A stretch of DNA of 59,658 nt, from NCBI RefSeq assembly GCF_000002075.1, contig NW_004797275.1, positions 2,541,319-2,600,976 on the forward strand, given 5' to 3'. The position numbers and the translations under genes are program-made. This stretch comes from Aplysia californica. Taxonomy: Eukaryota. Shown in pieces: positions 1 through 12,467 of this stretch; the first letter of the stretch is position 1; each line of letters begins with the position of its first letter. Below the pieces are notes generated by a model. That model had not been told where the DNA came from. It saw nothing but the letters and a program-made list of their open reading frames with translations, and did not search any database.

Positions 1-670
1 AGTAGTAGTAGCAGCAGTCGTACATAATCTGGGTTAGCCCTGAGCTGCTGATTCAAGCAGCTCGCCTCCCAAATAGTATATGCCTGTGGAGGGGGGGGGG
101 TTCAAAACTTACAACATAAATCCCTTCTAGGTTCAATTAAAAATACATAACTCTGTCATCTGACAACAGTTTTTTCGTTGACTTTCAGTGAAGAGAAGCC
201 CAAAAACACTAGATCTGACAAAAGTTTTGGCATTTTTGAGTAAAGAGAAGAACGAAAACACTATAGCTTTTATTTAATGCTGGTGAAAAGCAAGACGGAC
301 AGACTAAAAAATGTATTTAAGTAGAACCTGCAAGTGGCATTCTCCAAATACCCGCCGAAAGTAATCGACGTCAAGTTGTTCATCTGTTCTAAGCCCTAAC
401 CCAAAAAAAATCTTTTATTCAGAAGAGAGGAAAAACTCTTTCATTCTTTTAAAAAGTATACCCCTACATAATGTACTTTTTCTTGTGTTTATCAGCATTT
501 AGAAATTGTATTCTGACAAAATTATTCCTCAAGCACTTGCAACTGATACCACAGATTAAAAAACTGCAATAAATTATGCTTGGGTTTGGGTGGGGTTTTT
601 TTAATGCTGGGCTTTGTGCATCTGAACAACTGGTCGACGTAATATAACGTGCCAGTCGAGCCGGAATGAG

Positions 671-2041
671 TTAATTTGTTCCTTGATTGATTACGACAGT
701 GAATACTGCAAAGATGATGAGCCACATAACAGAGAAAAGAATAAAGAGAATTAAGTCAGCGAGGCCAATGTAAGTGAGCACCCTTGAGAGTACTCTTGTC
801 AAAGCTGTTTGTCCCTTGTTCTCACTTTCAGGAAATCGACACGCTAATTTTCCCCACATTATGTCAAGAAGTTTCGTCATAGTCGTTCCCTTCTGAGATA
901 CCTTTCCTTTTACGGTATCACGAGAGTGAAAACCGGAGCGCGGAGATACCGAACTATTGTACATTTTGTGGGAATGTTCCATGAGTTGGGATGTGTACGT
1001 ATTTTGGTTTGATTCAGTGACTATTTGTGACTCATTGTCTTTACTCTGGCAATTGGTTTTGCTTTTCTCATTGTTATCTCGTCCGTGGTGATACACAGTA
1101 AGAAGGATAATGTTACTGATGAGCACTAAAATGCTGTGCACAAGAAGACACATGAGGTAAATAACAAGCAGGGGCATGTGATCTGAGGTTTTTGGAAGAT
1201 CTGAGTATATCTCGCTCATGTATACGGTCAGAGAGAGAAGGGTGGTGATGGACAGTGACAATCTTTCTCCACTCTCCACCGGTACCCAGAAAACGAACAC
1301 GGAGATACAGGACAGAAGATTAACAGGCATGATGATATTTAAGACGATGAACTGAGGTCTGCGTCTAAGAGATATGGAACACGTGACAAGAGGTAGCCCT
1401 GTAGTGTGTGAAATGAGGCTTGCACCACGGATCTCTAGGATATCCCATTCGCCGTTTTTTGCATGACGACCTGCAGATATACTTGCCAGGCCCATTGAAT
1501 AAGTCACATGGGATGCAATTTCTCCACCGAGAATAGCGAAGTGACATTGTTGGGTGTCAAAGGGAAAGTAGGTCAGGATCATGGAGCAAGAAAAATGAAC
1601 GATTCCTCCAGGAAGCCATGTGACATGTCCGTTGGAGTATAGGTGCAGAGGAGCGTAAGTGTCCCCAATAAAATCCTGGCTTCCAATAGAGTTTGCTGCC
1701 AACAACCGAGGCTTCCAGATGTCTAGAGGGTCCGGTTGGACGTCAGAGATACCGCCATAGTCTTCAGGTCGCCACTGACGCAACTCGTCCGTCCAGGTAA
1801 TATCATACATGAAACACGCCGACATAGTCTGCTGTACCTCATTCACGTCGTAAATAAACAGGAGAGATATAGAGATGTTGACGAGTACTCTGTCTGTCTG
1901 GTTGATCAGGGGCAGGTACCTGTGGTCAGAGGCCAGAATGACGTTCGTGAACAGGTTATGCATATCGCTTACTAGTGCCCCTTGAGCTAAGACGAATGCA
2001 GTGAGGAAGCTTAAAATAAGCAGTAATCTGTTTCTTATCAT
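671..2041 (-). CDS. Divergent nicotinic acetylcholine receptor-like (Cys-loop ligand-gated cation channel) subunit, non-alpha type, single coding exon
   Basis: 456-aa ORF with signal peptide (MIRNRLLLILSFLTAFVLAQG), W.DE.RQW.PEDYGGI and IWKP motifs, and Cys-loop C-x13-C (CSMILTYFPFDTQQC). LRRRP precedes M1; M1-M2 linker VPVESGERLSLSITTLLSLTVY has the cation-type -1' Glu; M3 follows LPKTSDHMPLL; long M3-M4 loop; C-terminal M4 (ADLILFILFSVMWLII). Confidence 0.95.
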   Translation of the reverse strand: MIRNRLLLILSFLTAFVLAQGALVSDMHNLFTNVILASDHRYLPLINQTDRVLVNISISLLFIYDVNEVQQTMSACFMYDITWTDELRQWRPEDYGGISDVQPDPLDIWKPRLLAANSIGSQDFIGDTYAPLHLYSNGHVTWLPGGIVHFSCSMILTYFPFDTQQCHFAILGGEIASHVTYSMGLASISAGRHAKNGEWDILEIRGASLISHTTGLPLVTCSISLRRRPQFIVLNIIMPVNLLSCISVFVFWVPVESGERLSLSITTLLSLTVYMSEIYSDLPKTSDHMPLLVIYLMCLLVHSILVLISNIILLTVYHHGRDNNEKSKTNCQSKDNESQIVTESNQNTYTSQLMEHSHKMYNSSVSPRSGFHSRDTVKGKVSQKGTTMTKLLDIMWGKLACRFPESENKGQTALTRVLSRVLTYIGLADLILFILFSVMWLIIFAVFTVVINQGTN

Positions 2042-2060
2042 ACTGGTATTTTTTTAATTC

Positions 2061-2090
2061 CTAAAAGAAGGTTGAAGGGCGTCACTGTGA
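2061..2090 (-). promoter_or_regulatory. Putative 3' splice site of a 5'-UTR intron of the nAChR-like gene
   Basis: Minus strand reads cagtgacgcccttcaaccttcttttag|gaattaaaaaaaataccagtATG: branch-like TGAC, pyrimidine tract, and AG about 20 nt before the start codon. Confidence 0.5.
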
Positions 2091-2416
2091 GATCCTGCCT
2101 ACTTATTCCCTTCCCTTTTTTCTCAATCAGTCTTGCATTCCCCCCTCACTAAAAGATTGCTGCTGTTTTTTTGGTGGCAATGACGATGATGATGGCGATT
2201 ATATTGACGAGATTGTTACCGACGTGCACCTCTGTGTTGCTTGACTGGAGATCTTTCGTGGTCCTCTGGCTTGAAAATGAGGCTCACGAAGAACTTCAAG
2301 CTACGTCTGTTCGACAATGTTCAATCAGTTGTCCCTGGGATGTGTCCTTGGAAGAGACAGATAAACAAGTGAACCTTTCCTCAACACAGTAGGTTGCTGT
2401 TTTAAACAGTTTACAG

Positions 2417-2417
<1 letters not shown>

Positions 2418-2460
<43 letters not shown>

Positions 2461-2477
2461 GTGTGAGTATGTGTGTG
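2418..2477. repeat. (TG)n microsatellite
   Basis: Direct reading. Confidence 0.95.
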
Positions 2478-2920
2478 GTTGTATGTATACGCGTGGTTTA
2501 GTCAGTGTAGTTGTGATGGTCAAAAGCAGTCTTTAAGAAAATGTTCAGCATAGGTGAACCTTTAGCAATAACAAAGTGGACACACATTTTTGTCATTTTA
2601 AAATATCGTTGGGGGTCATTGTCTGGACATGAAAGTCCCGAGACAATTTTAAAATTGAACTTTCCCTTTACACAGATGCTTTACATTCAAGCTTTCAGGT
2701 CTTTTGATAGAAATAACATTCATTTGATGGAAGTATTCTAGTATCCCTAAATGCTATGCAAAAGCATCCCTCTGACGAAAATGGGCAAAAATATGACATT
2801 CGAACATTGTCGGAATTCTGCATTTTTTAGATTTAAACCGACGTCAAGAAGATAACAACAAAAAACATGACCGAAGCAATGAGCGAAACTGATAACATCT
2901 TTAAATCATTCAAATTCAAT

Positions 2921-3130
2921 GACGCGTCGGTAAACCAGAGTGGTTAGGTTACCATGCAGGCTCGTGATCGTGAGATTGCAAGTGCTGGTGTTCAGGCTCA
3001 GCTCAGTCCAGTGTTGTGTCTTTGGGAAAGGCACTTCACATAAATGTTCCCATTTGGCTCGATATATCGGAGATATATCTTAAATAACATGACAGTGCTT
3101 CAAGGGACTTAAAGTCGATACAATTTCATT
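2921..3130 (+). mobile_element. Diverged tRNA-derived SINE, same family as 27955 and 32821
   Basis: Aligns by eye with gtggcgtcggtagcctagtggttagg...tgtgtccttgggaaaggcact...ttggctc...tcggaga...catttc. Confidence 0.8.
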
Positions 3131-3390
3131 TGTTTTCAAACATTAGGTAACAAAATACTAAGTTTCAAACGAGATGCACACCACAAATGTGTTCACGTTA
3201 TCCCAGAGCAGAGGTTTACTCGTTCTTTGCCCATAGAATTTTTATCACTTGACAATATTGTTTCCTTGTGAATATTAATAATCAACATTCCCACGATGAT
3301 AATTTAGTGGAAAAATTCTGCCTGATCATTATGATTCGTGGTTAACTTGACAAGTGTCACAGCCAATACACTATTGGCAACAGCTGTGGT

Positions 3391-3462
3391 ATAAGATATG
3401 ATAAGATAAGATACATCTTTATTGTCCAGATCCTCGCACATTGGTTCTGTGTTTCACCACGT

Positions 3463-3525
<63 letters not shown>

Positions 3526-4125
3526 CGCTCGCGCGCGCAGGCTTACAATCACATGCATAATATAAATTAGCAGCAATATAAACAATAATAATCTTAAGCT
3601 AGATACATACTCAATGTTATTCTGATGCATGCTCTAAGGTCGTATGAATACTTGTACAAGATGGTTAAGATGGAAGAATTTTAATGAATGATGGTAAGTA
3701 AAAATGACCTTCAGATCAGAAGCCTAGGTCTTTTACTTCTGACTGATGTTTCTATTTGAGGGAACAAAGGATGTTTGTTGTCTAAAAAGACGGATTTCTT
3801 TTTCAAGTGTAAGCTGTTAAGTACAATTTATCCAAGTAGGGGAATGTAGATGTCGAAATGTAAGATGCTTTCCGTACTAGTACTAGTCGATTTAATTTTT
3901 CTTTATCTTGTTGTCTTGTGCACCCGACCCATGCTGTTATACAAATATTGATCATACTTTCTTTAGTTGAATAATAGAATGTGGACATCAATGTTTTATC
4001 AACTTTAAGATACATGAGCTTTCTTAGAAAAAATTGTCTTTTTTTCACTTTTCATGCAGGAGAGAAGTGTGGACACGCCAGTTGAGTTTGTTGTCTATTG
4101 TAACACCCAAATACTTAAAGTCTGA
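3391..4125 (-). mobile_element. Rex1/Babar-type LINE, 5'-truncated 3' fragment
   Basis: Similar to 15272-16040: ORF2 C-terminus (KRQFFLRKL...DKEKLNRL), (CA)n in the 3' UTR and an (ATAAG)n tail. Confidence 0.85.
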
Positions 4126-5451
4126 AGGTTCCTTGCACTTGCTCACAAAAGATATTGAATTCGATTTCTTATTCTACTTAGTATTGTCGTCTTTCTGCTG
4201 AGATAACGTGTCCTCTCAGGATCTGAGCGGCCATGGAATGCAAAATCAAAGAAGCTCTTTTTTAGTAAATTTGTTTTCGTCAAAGTAGGTGTAAAACATA
4301 TGACTATCTCAGAGACTCAATCTACTTCTGAAAGCATGCTCCAAGAGGTCGCACGATATACTAAGATGAGAAGTTGCTTGCTTTACAATTCACTGGTAAA
4401 AGAGACACCGCCAAATTCCTGGTTTTAAAAAAAGATAGGCACAGGAGATGTATTATCATACAGTGGGAAAAGTGAAAAAAAAAGGCAGGGGAGAGAGAGG
4501 CTAAAACAGCACCTAAACATAGAAAGCCGGTGCCGTTATAAAAGAATATTCAAGGTTAACTTTCATGTTCAACTCTGTGACTCAGAGAAAGAAAGAAGAC
4601 TGACCTTAACATTAACTATTTGTCAGCTTGCATTCTAGTCTTTCAACAATGTTTGAAGACGAGCTGTTTTGTGACACCTTTCAAAAAGGCAAAACATTGT
4701 TATTCATATGGATTTTTCAGTTGTTTCCTTCATCTGAAATGCTAAAAGGCAAGCATACTATCAAACGTGCAAATTCATGTTTTGATTTGTGTATGAAAGT
4801 TCTAAATATTAAGCCTTAACATTACGCCGATCAGACATGTCTGCTGCGTCAGTAGACAGTTTAGAACGTACCTTTAGAATCTTGATAAAACTATGGTTTC
4901 CTATTCAACTGCACTTCACTTTTGAAGTCTTCACACACACAAAATTCAGTACTGATAGCAAAACTGGATATGATCATGAACGGCAGACTACTTAAACAAA
5001 TCGTTTTATAGCTCGATCTATTTATTTTTTGGGAAATGGGCTAAAGGTTGAAGGGGGAAAAAAGAGAAAAATATTCAAGCTTACTTGTAAAGTAGCGATA
5101 CGGTAAGAACCTTTGTGTTCACGGCTCCTGTGAACCTGTTCGCCCTCCCGCGTTGTACAACTGGGGTCTAATAGAGGTACCGTTGTATTCTATTTACTGC
5201 AGTAATTCACCGGGCATATATACTTAAAACCTCCCTCGGCCTTCAGCTCCTACTCGGTGACTAAACAAAGGTATAAGTGTACCTTAAATTTAGATATTAT
5301 TGACCTGCTGGGTTGTTGGGGGGGGGGGGGGGTTGTGGGGGGCTGGGTTATTTTTTGAGGGGGGGGGGTCCCGATAACCATTATGATCTGAGACTTGTTG
5401 CGATAGGCCCAATGTCTTTTTATCCCTCAAATATTAAGTAGACTACTGGTA

Positions 5452-6165
5452 CCGTAAAATTCGCAGTTGGTTTGGGGGGTTTTCCACCCCTCCCCCTTTC
5501 TCTTCCCCATTCCTCACCAGAAAGAACCTCATTATTTCGAGACATCTAAAAGATGGACCTTTTCTGTGTTAGTTTCCTATTCTTTTTTTTTCCTTTTTTT
5601 TTTAGGGGGAAGGGTGCATCTTGAACCTTGCAGAACGCCCGCCTACCTCTATAAGAAATCTATAAACAGCCATATTATTTTTGTTTATTTTTCCTCTTCC
5701 TTCAAACAGTCCGCCGCCCCTCTTCTCTTCCAAAAATTACAGATTTTGTGAATAAATGTATCTTTCCAAAATCCTTGAACGGAACAGTCCTGGACACGTA
5801 CAATACAGCCTACAGTCGAAATTGTCTAAGACGGCTACCCACTGTCGGGAATAGAAGAAGTAGCATTAGACATGTGACCGTCCTTCATAGTCTCATTACA
5901 TGTATAATTTTTTTTAAATATATATACATTATTAGTATGATATGTTATATTCAACAAAGGAAATAAGAAATGGCCGTTTATAGAATCTACAAGTGATTGT
6001 CTTTCCGGGTGGCTTTTCCGTATTATACACAAAACTGTCATACTCAGGTGTCTTTTCATTATAATGTTTTAAAAAATACGCAACAAAGGAAATGGGACAT
6101 GGCCGTTTATACAAGTGATTGTCTTTTCGGGAGGCCTTTAGAGTAGGTTGGACTGAATTTTACAG
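5452..6165. mobile_element. Possible TA-flanked non-autonomous DNA transposon (Tc1/mariner-like)
   Basis: ta|ccgtaaaattc ... gaattttacag|ta short imperfect TIRs; internal direct repeat at about 5950-6020 and 6080-6140. Confidence 0.35.
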
Positions 6166-6639
6166 TACAATGTCTTCATCAGTCGCATGAAAGGCTCACG
6201 CTCAATAAGTGTGTGGTCTTACGTTTGCCTGGATCGATTGACCAAAGAGTTATTAACCATTTTACTTCTCATACGAGGGACCACAGGGATACGATAATTA
6301 ATACACAGAAAGGTCAATATCGTCTGAACTCAATGTCACACCCTGGGGTCATGGTTTATTCGGGCACTTACTCGAATTTATTGCCTCTCTGGGGACTTTG
6401 GGCTCTTTAATTCTCTTTGTTTCAGGTTGAATTTGAGGATTTTTTTTTTTTTAAATCTTTTTTATTTAAAAGTTGGTGAATGTTTCTCTTTCACTCCCCC
6501 ATCGACACAATGCAACGTAGCTGACTTAAGAATAGCATGAACTGACTTAATGACGAAAACGTGGGGGGGGGGGGTTCTCATTGGTTTTTTATTTTGTTGG
6601 GTGGGGTGGTTGTTTTTTTCTCTGGTAGACACCAGAAAT

Positions 6640-7093
6640 CACAATAAGGACGAGACTTCTAGACCCTTTTTGTGACAAGACTACACCAGAAGAAATCCTC
6701 AGAACTAGCGGCCTGGAAACAATGGACTCGTATACTGAAACTCTAATTCATGCATACACAGATGGGTCAGCAACAAACGCTACACGGAATGCTGGATACT
6801 GATCTACCATCAAATATCGAAACAACCTTGGAGAGAAGAAGCAGACCCAACTATTTGGCCCATGTGGAACACACAGCTCAAACTATGACGCAGAGAGAAT
6901 CGCCATAGTAAAGACCCTGGAGCAGATCACCCAAGATTTTTTGAAGGCGCAGTAACACCAGGGGATGTTGTTGTCTTCTCTGCTTCAATGCCAGTACTCC
7001 AAGCCGTCGAGGGAGGAGGAAACTACAGAGGTGACGGGAACATTCTCAGCCTTGTAAAACAGATGGGCACTTCCTATGGCGTCCGGGATTTGA

Positions 7094-7133
<40 letters not shown>
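6640..7133 (+). mobile_element. RNase H fragment of an I-group LINE, followed by an (AAC)n tract
   Basis: Translates as IHAYTDGSATNATRNAG...HSSNYDAERIAI...VVVFS.SMPVLQA (RNase H D/E motifs); (AAC)n at about 7095-7133. Confidence 0.7.
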
Positions 7134-7134
<1 letters not shown>

Positions 7135-9206
7135 TGCGTTGTCGCATTTGGTCGAGGGATGGTGATGTTCCCACTAGTGCCTTGCATAGCGATTGACTGT
7201 CAGTGAAGATAGCGACCGAGTTGGATGCATCGCACTGTTTGTCAATCTAGTCAATGGCCATTTCAAAGGCTCTCCTCTCTTCCTTGAAAGAGTACGTAAA
7301 TATGGTGTCTTTCTCCCTCAGTGTCTCGACAACTGTCGGGTTGGACGGATCCCCCGTTGTGATGACGACCCCAGTGCCGCCATCCGTTGATCCTGTACTA
7401 TCCGAGCCGTCAGTGTAGATATTGTACTGTGCCCCAAGCTCTTCTGCTCGACAAACAGCAGCGCTTCGGATCTTCGCACTGGAGTCACTCCTTCCGCTTA
7501 TGCCTCACAGGTGGGGGAAAGCGATGTCGGGGTTGATCTTCCTGTTCCCACGGCCTGGTTTCGAAATAAGTAATGGGCCTCCTCACGCAGTTGAACAGAC
7601 TTGGGCTCTTTTAGCTGGCGTCTTCGGCCCTTTTTCGAAAATCTCTACGTCCCATTAGGCGTCTGTGCACATTGTTCCGTTGCCACAATTCGTCGGGGGT
7701 GGTCGTTGTTCATTCGCAGGGCCTTCTCTCTTGATCGGAGACAGTTAGCATAGATAGTGGACTCAATGCTTGGAACCCTCATTTCAGCTCGAAGAGCCTC
7801 GATCGGTGAGAACTGGGCTTGGGTGGTGATCAGTCAGACATCTGTTTTGAACCACCTCCAGATTATTTATCAGAGTTTTGCTCAGCCACGGTTGCCAGCT
7901 GCTGCTCGCAAAGTTGAGGACACGTTGTATATATGGGTGAGGTAGACCTTACGTAGGTCATCTTTACTCCATCCCCATTTCGAGTGCGCGACAGCGCCGA
8001 GCATCCTCATCTTCTTAGTGGCCTTAGCTATTACTGTCTCAACCTGTTTGCTGAACGTGAGCCTGCGGTTGAGTGTGACTCCCAGGAGTCTTGCGTAGGG
8101 CTCATACTTAATTGTCGAATTATTGATCGTGATGCATGGCTTCCATTCTGAGCCAGATGTTTCGAGCGCGAAGAATGTAGTCTCGCTCTTCGAGCCGTTC
8201 AGCGTGAGTTTCCATCGCCTGCTCCAGTCAGCAACGATGTCCACCGCTCTTTGTGTCAGACTTTCGGCGTCTCGTACCGTGCGTGATGAAGCGAGGATAG
8301 AGACGTCGTCAGCGTAGATCGAAATTGTGAGATCATCCGGAAGTAGTTTTGCCAGTTTGTCAATATAAAAGAGGAAGAGGATGGGTGCCAGGGCGGAACC
8401 CTGTTGGAGGCCTTAGCTCATTTTCCTGTTCTTACTCTATATTCCGTTGAATCGGACTAAGGCTTGATGATTTTAAAGGAAGTCATTCAGCCATAAAACG
8501 TATTTATCTGGGATACCTCTGTCTATGGGAGGTTGTGGAGTAGGTGTTCTCGCCAAACCGTGTCGTATGCCTTGGGAAAAAAGAGGAGGACGAGTAGCGA
8601 TTTCTCCTTCTTTTGGAAGCCATCGGAAAACTTCGGCATAATTCTCAGAATTTGGTCTTCCACACATCTCCCCTTCCTGAAGTCAGCCTGCAGTTCGGAG
8701 AACCAGCCGTTCTGCTCGGCCATGTCGTAGAGTCGTTCAAATACCATTCTCTCCATAGCTTTGATGACACAGGATGTGAGGCTTATCGATCTAAACGAAG
8801 TTAGTTCCGATGCTGGTATGGCGGTCTTGAGGAGGGGGGGATGATTGCGTCTTTCCAGACTTGTGGAACATCTGCTAAGCGAAATGATATGTTGAAGATG
8901 GAGAGTATTGGAGAGCAGTTTCTCAAGCGCTTTGGAATCCAGGTTTTTGAGGAAGGACGGAGGGATGTTGTCTGGTCCGGGTGATCCACGGGACTTCATC
9001 TTTGCAATGGCATTCCTCAGTTCCGAGATTGTGAAATCGGGCTGGTCTGCCCTTGGGTTATTCCGTAAATATTTCAGTCGCTGTTTGAGTTACCAATTAC
9101 AATAAATTAAATGTACCAGTATTTTCGGCTCTGTCTCCTTTCGACATTTTTAGACCACAGACGTTCGCGTAGTGGTCTGTGAACATATCCGCCTTATGTT
9201 TGTTTG
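7134..9206 (-). mobile_element. Degenerate RNase H-containing non-LTR retrotransposon ORF2 (Ingi/I-group)
   Basis: PGPDNIPPSFLK, SISLTSCVIKAMERM, QQGSALAPILF, YADD (gtcgtcagcgta near 8305), RLLGVTL; frameshifts and stops. Confidence 0.85.
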
Positions 9207-9347
9207 NNNNNNNNNNNNNNNNNNNNNNNNNNNNNNNNNNNNNNNNNNNNNNNNNNNNNNNNNNNNNNNNNNNNNNNNNNNNNNNNNNNNNNNNNNNNNN
9301 NNNNNNNNNNNNNNNNNNNNNNNNNNNNNNNNNNNNNNNNNNNNNNN

Positions 9348-12020
9348 GCCTGACGGGCTTCACGAAGAAATCTTCGAGCGAGAGCGAGGCTCTTTTTCGG
9401 CTCCATTGTCAATATGCTTAGCGGCACCTCCACTCGTCCAAATAACTCCATTCGAATTGCCATTGTTCCTGGACATTCAAACATATGTTTGATATCCTCC
9501 TTTTCATGGCCGCATCTTCGGCAACTTGGGCTAAGCTCTTCATTTACAAAGTTCTTATACCATCTTAAACTCCAATGATGGTCCGACCGCAGTCTCGCTA
9601 GCTCAACCTGGTCCCAGCGACATGTGATAGATTTTTGTTCCCGCTTATAGGAGTACCCAGAATACACATCTTCCAGGTGCTGGTACTTAGTTCTACATGG
9701 TGGGTCTCTGATTTCTCTCTTGATTATTGGAAAGACTCCTGTGTATGTCGTTGGTCGTCTGTCTCCTTCGATCTCTCTGGCTTCATTAGCAGCTTGGTCT
9801 GCTGCCTCATTTCCTTCTATTCCAACATGGCTTGGAATCTACTGGATTTTTATTGTGGCTCTGGCTTCACTGAACTTAGGGCGCAAATCATTCATGTCCG
9901 AGCTGTTACCCAGCAGCCCCTTGCAGAGGGACTGACTGTCAGTCAAGATCAGCACATTGGTCCTACTGTGGCAATTGTCGGCAATCCATTGTGCAGCAGA
10001 CATCATTGCCTGGCATTCCTCGTCATAAGATGATGTAAGGAATGCACCTTTAGTTTTAATAATTTCTGTTCGTGGTGGTTCATCATTTATTATCACTACT
10101 GCTGCTGCTCCACCTTCGCGGTATCCTGCGACTGCTGATCCATCGGTGAAAATTGTCACATCCGGCCCGACCTCTTTGATCACATCCTCAGCTGCTTCAC
10201 GTGCCTTTACAGGATCATCACCTTTTCCTTTTACTCCTCTCAGTTCTGTCCGAATTTCGATTTCGCCATGGGTCTCCCATGGACAAGCTCTCATCAGATT
10301 GATCGGCCATCGATTCTCTGCTTCAGGGGGGAGGTGGTCTGCTAGATCGGTGCCCATCCGAAACCAACTTTTCCTGCGGTTTTTAGGCTTGACTGCTTGA
10401 TCAAGGGCTTTCTTTCTAGGATGGTTGTCTGGTAATCTCTTAGCCATCTCTATAGACTTGAGGCATGTTCTTTTTGTATAGGTGGTGTACTGCTCAGTTC
10501 TGGTCTCATAGCGCAGCGCTTCTGTTGGTGTTGTTTTCAGCTGACCTGATACAAGTCGGAGGGCTTTGTTTTGTATTCTGCCCAGGGCCTTTGCACTAGT
10601 CTCACTCAGCCAAGGCTGCCACGCTGGGGCAGCATAATCCAACTTGCTTTTCACAAACATCTGATATATTTTCTTGAGCGACTCCTTACCCCAGCCCCAT
10701 TTTGAGTTGCTGACAGCACCGATAACCTTCATTTTAGAGGTTGCACTTTTGGACACCTCTTCAATGTGCTTGTTGAAGGTTAGCTGTCTATCCAGGTAGA
10801 CGCCCAGCTGACGTGGAGTGGGGTTGAATGGTATCTTTTTCCCTTCGATCTGAATTATTGGTTGCCACGTTGCCTCCTTCACCCGTGTTGAGAAGAAGCA
10901 CACTTCACTCTTGGTTGCATTCAAGGTAAGCTTCCATTCATTGCTCCATTTCACAACCACATCCACAATCAACTGTGTCGCTTCATTTGCCTTTGCTCTC
11001 TTTGCGTGACTGGCCAGTATTTGTGCAGTCATCAGCGAACATTGAGTAGATCAGCTTGGCGGAGGTTAGTTGTTGAGTCAGGGTTTGGGAGGGATTCTGC
11101 CAGGTTGTTTATGAGGAATATAAACAGCAGCGGTGATAGTACAGCTCCTTGGGGAAGCCCTTGCTTGAAATTCTGGCTCTTGCTTGTTTCTCCGTTCAGG
11201 CGAACATGGGCTTGTCTGTTTCTCAGGAAACCATGGATCCATCTGATTGCACGCAACGGAACTCCCTTGTCAGCCATTGACAGTAATAGTCTTTCACGCT
11301 AAACCGTACCATATGCCTTGGAGTAGTCCAGCAGGACTAGGACCGATCGATGGAATGTTGGCTTTTGTTGAAAACCATCCTCAATTCCTTGACAGATTCT
11401 GATGATCTGGTCCGTGCAGCTATGACCTTGGCGAAAGCCTGCCTGAATATCTGCAATCCATGCATTCTTCTCTGACAGGTAATAGATTCTTTCAGTGTGC
11501 ATCCTTTCTATAACTTTCACGACACAGGATGTCAAACTAATAGGTCGAAAGGATGTCATATCACTAGGTGACTTACCAGCTTTCAAGAGAGGAATGATAA
11601 GTGCCTTACGCCAGTCTTGTGGGCACGCTGCTTGGTGAAGCGACAGATTACATGTGCTGAGCAATTCTTTCAATGCGAGTGGGCCAAGCTCTTTTAGGAA
11701 AGATGGTGGTATATCATCAGGTCCTGGAGCACTTCTTCTCTTCATTTGTGTTATGGCACGCTCCAGCTCTTTCATAATGAAGTCTGTGTATGATTGCTGT
11801 TCATCTTCGCTGTTCGTATCGTCATACAGCAGGCGCTTCAATCGGAGTTTGTTTCTTCTGCGCTCCTCTTGGGTAAATTGGAGCTTACTGATTTTTGCAT
11901 ACCGGTAGTGCTGGGCAAAAAGCTCAGCTTTCTTCTTTGCTAATGTTATCCTTTTCCCGTTGTGTTTCAGTACTTTGTTGGGAGAGTTGGTATCTGGTGA
12001 TCCATTTAGAGACTTGATGT
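9348..12020 (-). mobile_element. RNase H-containing non-LTR retrotransposon ORF2 (Ingi/I-group), 5'-truncated and disrupted
   Basis: RT motifs (RPISLTSCVVK, QAGFR, LDYSKAY, GLPQGAVLSP), RNase H motifs (FTDGS, SSYDEE, TDSQSL, QWIPSH) and C-terminal CxxC...HxxxC (CRRCGHEKEDIKHMFEC). Confidence 0.9.
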
Positions 12021-12021
12021 G

Positions 12022-12052
<31 letters not shown>

Positions 12053-12068
12053 AATAATGATGATGATG
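12022..12068. repeat. (GAT)n microsatellite
   Basis: Direct reading. Confidence 0.9.
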
Positions 12069-12260
12069 GGGTTCTATGCTGATCAAAGCGTTAGGCTACA
12101 CTGCTTACTCAAGACACTTATTTTGTTTCTCGGTACTTTTCCTTTCACGTGACTTCAATAGTCGTCAGTCTTACTATTTATTATTAATTTAGGTTCCAGA
12201 AGAATTAGTTTCGTGCTAGATATTCAGCGACGTCCATATTTCATATTTTTAGAGTACAAT

Positions 12261-12289
12261 ATGGCGGCCTCCAGCTGGTTTTCCAAATA
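12261..12289 (+). CDS. Speculative first coding exon of the oxidoreductase gene (MAASSWFSK-)
   Basis: aatATGGCGGCC start context; donor ATA|GTAAAC (phase 2) joins in frame to the acceptor at 17756, giving MAASSWFSKYLLQASSTVMKIAIIGGG. Alternative donors at 12396 and 12448 could instead make this a 5'-UTR exon. Confidence 0.3.
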
Positions 12290-12467
12290 GTAAACAATGC
12301 ACGTCGGCACCGTTGCATAATGTTTAGTGGATGCATGAGTTGGATCTACCTTTGCCCTTAGCCTTAGTTTAGTGCTCGCTTTGGCTTTCATCAAGGTAAT
12401 TCCTGGTTTCATCTTACACTTTTTATAACTCTGAACATTTTACCAAGGTAAAGATGCAAGATATAAT

